Assembly: GCA_903826775.1 (NCBI GenBank)
Contig: CAIKFU010000050.1
Span: forward strand, 5,618-69,617
Direction: 5' to 3'
From: an uncultured beta proteobacterium
GTDB lineage: Bacteria > Pseudomonadota > Gammaproteobacteria > Burkholderiales > Burkholderiaceae
DNA length: 64,000 bases
Under the pieces are notes generated by a model, which saw only the letters and a program-made list of their open reading frames with translations, had not been told where the DNA came from and did not search any database. The position numbers and the translations under genes are program-made. Each line of letters begins with the position of its first letter. Within the stretch, counting starts at the first letter, position 1. Shown piece after piece: positions 61,987 through 64,000 of this stretch.

Positions 61987-63633
61987 ATTAAGCGCAGAAT
62001 TACCATCGAAAACCTTCAGTCAAACACACCAGGCGAAGAAGTACGTCGTCGTCGCAGTTTTGCCATTATCTCGCACCCCGATGCTGGGAAGACTACGCTA
62101 ACCGAAAAGCTGCTTCTGTATGCAGGTGCAATTCAAATTGCTGGAAGTGTAAAAGCACGAAAGGCTAGTCGGCACGCAACCTCGGATTGGATGGAAATTG
62201 AAAAGCAACGCGGCATTTCCGTTGCTAGCTCGGTAATGCAAATGGAGTATCGCGACTGCATTATTAATTTACTCGACACACCGGGTCACCAAGACTTTTC
62301 AGAAGATACTTATCGTGTCTTGACCGCCGTAGACTCAGCGCTTATGGTAATTGATGCAGCAAATGGAGTCGAATCACAAACGTTGCGCCTTCTAGAGGTC
62401 TGCAGAGCTCGCAATACACCAATCGTCACGTTCATTAATAAAATGGATCGAGAAGTCAAGCCACCAATGGAGCTAATGGATGAAATTGAAACTGCCTTAG
62501 GTATTGAAGTGGTCCCTTTTACCTGGCCCGTTGGAATGGGAAAATCATTTGCGGGCGTAATCGATATTGCAAATTCACAAATGCGCATGTTTAAAGCAGG
62601 CGAAGATCGCATTACTGAAAACTCACATGCAGTGATCAACACAAACGATCCGGCGCTACATGAACGCCTTGGGTCCGATCTTAATGATGCCCTCAAGGAT
62701 GTGGATTTAATTAAGACTGCCATGCCTCCGTTTGATCGGGAAGCATTCCTTGCAGGGCGCCAATCCCCAGTTTTTTTTGGTTCAGCAATCAATAATTTTG
62801 GCGTTAGAGAAATCTTAAATACCTTGGTTGAGCTAGCTCCATCACCAGGATCACGAAAAGCGTTGCAACGTGAAGTTCATCCTTCTGAAAATAAATTTAC
62901 TGCGGTGGTTTTTAAAATTCAAGCAAATATGGATCCGTCCCATCGAGACCGTGTTGCATTCTTACGAATTTGTTCTGGTCATTTTCGTCGTGGAATGAAA
63001 TTAAAAATTTGTCGAAATGGAAAGGAAATTCGAACGAATAATGCCCTTTCTTTTTTATCACAAAGAAGAGACATACTGGATGAAGCTTTCCCTGGGGATA
63101 TCATTGGTCTCCCTAACCATGGATTATTAAGATTGGGCGACACCCTCACAGAAGGTGAGCATTTGCAATTTACTGGTTTACCTTTTTTTGCCCCTGAAAT
63201 ATTTCGCATGGTTGAGTCTGCGGACCCTTTACGTACAAAGCAACTAAGGACTGGCCTGATGCAATTGGGTGAAGAAGGGGCTATCCAAGTCTTTCGTCCA
63301 ATGACTGGAGGCACTATGCTTCTAGGTGCGTTTGGGCAATTACAGTTTGAAGTAGTAAGTCATCGACTAAAGACCGAATATGGTGCTGAAGTAAGGTTGT
63401 TACCCTCCCGCTATAGTCTTGCTCGATGGGTCAGCTCTGACGAAGCTGTCACCCTTAAGAAATTTACACAAGAAAATATCCACCGCATGGCTGAAGACGT
63501 TGTTGGAGCCCCAGTCTTTCTAGCAACTCACAAATCAGAGCTTGATGTGGCCCAACAACGCTGGGAAGCAATTAAATTTCATGCCCTTAGGGAACATGCT
63601 GGACTAATTTATCAATCAGATTTAACTGGATAA
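61987..63633 (+). CDS. prfC: Peptide chain release factor 3 (start codon unresolved; no canonical start upstream of the G domain)
   Basis: The frame is open from the in-frame TAG at 61984..61986. It reads ..EEVRRRRSFAIISHPDAGKTTLTEKLLLYAGAIQIAGSVKARK..DWMEIEKQRGISV, DTPGH, NKMD and the full RF3 pattern to 63633. The ORF track starts only at ATG 62191, downstream of the P-loop (62074..62097). Confidence 0.85.
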   Translation: MKRRITIENLQSNTPGEEVRRRRSFAIISHPDAGKTTLTEKLLLYAGAIQIAGSVKARKASRHATSDWMEIEKQRGISVASSVMQMEYRDCIINLLDTPGHQDFSEDTYRVLTAVDSALMVIDAANGVESQTLRLLEVCRARNTPIVTFINKMDREVKPPMELMDEIETALGIEVVPFTWPVGMGKSFAGVIDIANSQMRMFKAGEDRITENSHAVINTNDPALHERLGSDLNDALKDVDLIKTAMPPFDREAFLAGRQSPVFFGSAINNFGVREILNTLVELAPSPGSRKALQREVHPSENKFTAVVFKIQANMDPSHRDRVAFLRICSGHFRRGMKLKICRNGKEIRTNNALSFLSQRRDILDEAFPGDIIGLPNHGLLRLGDTLTEGEHLQFTGLPFFAPEIFRMVESADPLRTKQLRTGLMQLGEEGAIQVFRPMTGGTMLLGAFGQLQFEVVSHRLKTEYGAEVRLLPSRYSLARWVSSDEAVTLKKFTQENIHRMAEDVVGAPVFLATHKSELDVAQQRWEAIKFHALREHAGLIYQSDLTG

Positions 63634-63637
63634 TGAA

Positions 63638-64000
63638 CTACTTTGGTCCTAAATAATCGCTTTTCCCTACATCCAATCCATTGTGCCTAAGTAAATCGTA
63701 AGCGGTTGTAAGGTGAAAATAAAAATTGGGAATTACCCAACTCAATAGGAATTGTTGCCCCTTAAAATTAAATTGATATTCTCGAATTGAAAAATTAATT
63801 TCACGATCTTCAGAGTTATCAATTTGATCAGCCTTTAAGGTATCTAGAAATTGAATCGTTTTAGTTATGCGATGTTGCAAATCAGAAAAGCTTACTTCAT
63901 CATCTGCAAACTTAATTGGCTCAATTCCCGCTAAACGAGAACAGCCATTCTTAGCTTGATCACAAGCAATTTGCACTTGCTTAATCAAATTAAACATATT
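63638..64000 (-). CDS. DUF1993 family protein (N-terminus off the window)
   Basis: ...FLLSWVIPNFYFHLTTAYDLLRHNGLDVGKSDYLG is the DUF1993 C-terminal signature. The frame is still open at position 64000. Confidence 0.7.
   Translation of the reverse strand, partial: NMFNLIKQVQIACDQAKNGCSRLAGIEPIKFADDEVSFSDLQHRITKTIQFLDTLKADQIDNSEDREINFSIREYQFNFKGQQFLLSWVIPNFYFHLTTAYDLLRHNGLDVGKSDYLGPK

Overview
Most of this window is ordinary core chromosome, and I did not find a convincing novel multi-gene system such as a defence island, mobile element or CRISPR array. It is a densely packed segment of about 65 protein genes. I found no rRNA or tRNA gene, CRISPR array, transposase or phage gene. Gene content and synteny point to a low-GC Burkholderiales betaproteobacterium: split metH, metX-metW, argB-slmA, an SAH riboswitch before ahcY-metF, a Bug-family binding protein and a Cys-less DksA beside a COG0523 GTPase. 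A Polynucleobacter-like source is only my guess.

Gene order:
- split metH; a PhaM-like ORF; an MBL-fold hydrolase; DUF1289; acuI/yhdH; a lipoprotein; a flavin reductase; a GST
- an OMF-MFP-RND efflux operon
- glmS, glmU, ttcA, folB, a pteridine-reductase-like SDR
- a DUF185 (NDUFAF7-like) methyltransferase, cca, an NDUFA9-like SDR, slt
- 5-formyl-THF cyclo-ligase, metF, ahcY with its SAH riboswitch, metK
- an lpxL-like gene, dapF, pyrE, xthA, ampG, metW, metX, slmA, argB, dksA
- a COG0523 His-rich GTPase, xerC, DUF484, gatCAB
- mreBCD-mrdA-rodA, hupB, DUF167
- a can / lpxL-like / metallophosphoesterase / Ser-Thr-kinase-Usp gene string
- a seven-gene accessory catabolic-looking cluster: Tat-amidohydrolase, BKACE, TetR, Bug, cyclase, periplasmic CMD-family protein, dctA
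- an RluF-like pseudouridine synthase, prfC, and a partial DUF1993 gene

Observations most worth a second look:
1. prfC has no ATG, GTG or TTG upstream of its P-loop.
2. The SAH riboswitch carries two stacked expression platforms.
3. The uncharacterised BKACE/cyclase/Bug cluster contains two enzymes predicted to be exported.
4. A kinase-Usp fusion and a metallophosphoesterase appear co-transcribed with a lipid A acyltransferase and a carbonic anhydrase.
5. A DksA lacking the Cys4 zinc finger sits next to a His-rich COG0523 protein.
6. Convergent genes are packed so tightly that there is almost no room for terminators.

Every product call rests on my own reading of the translated ORFs and remembered family motifs. 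No database search was run.
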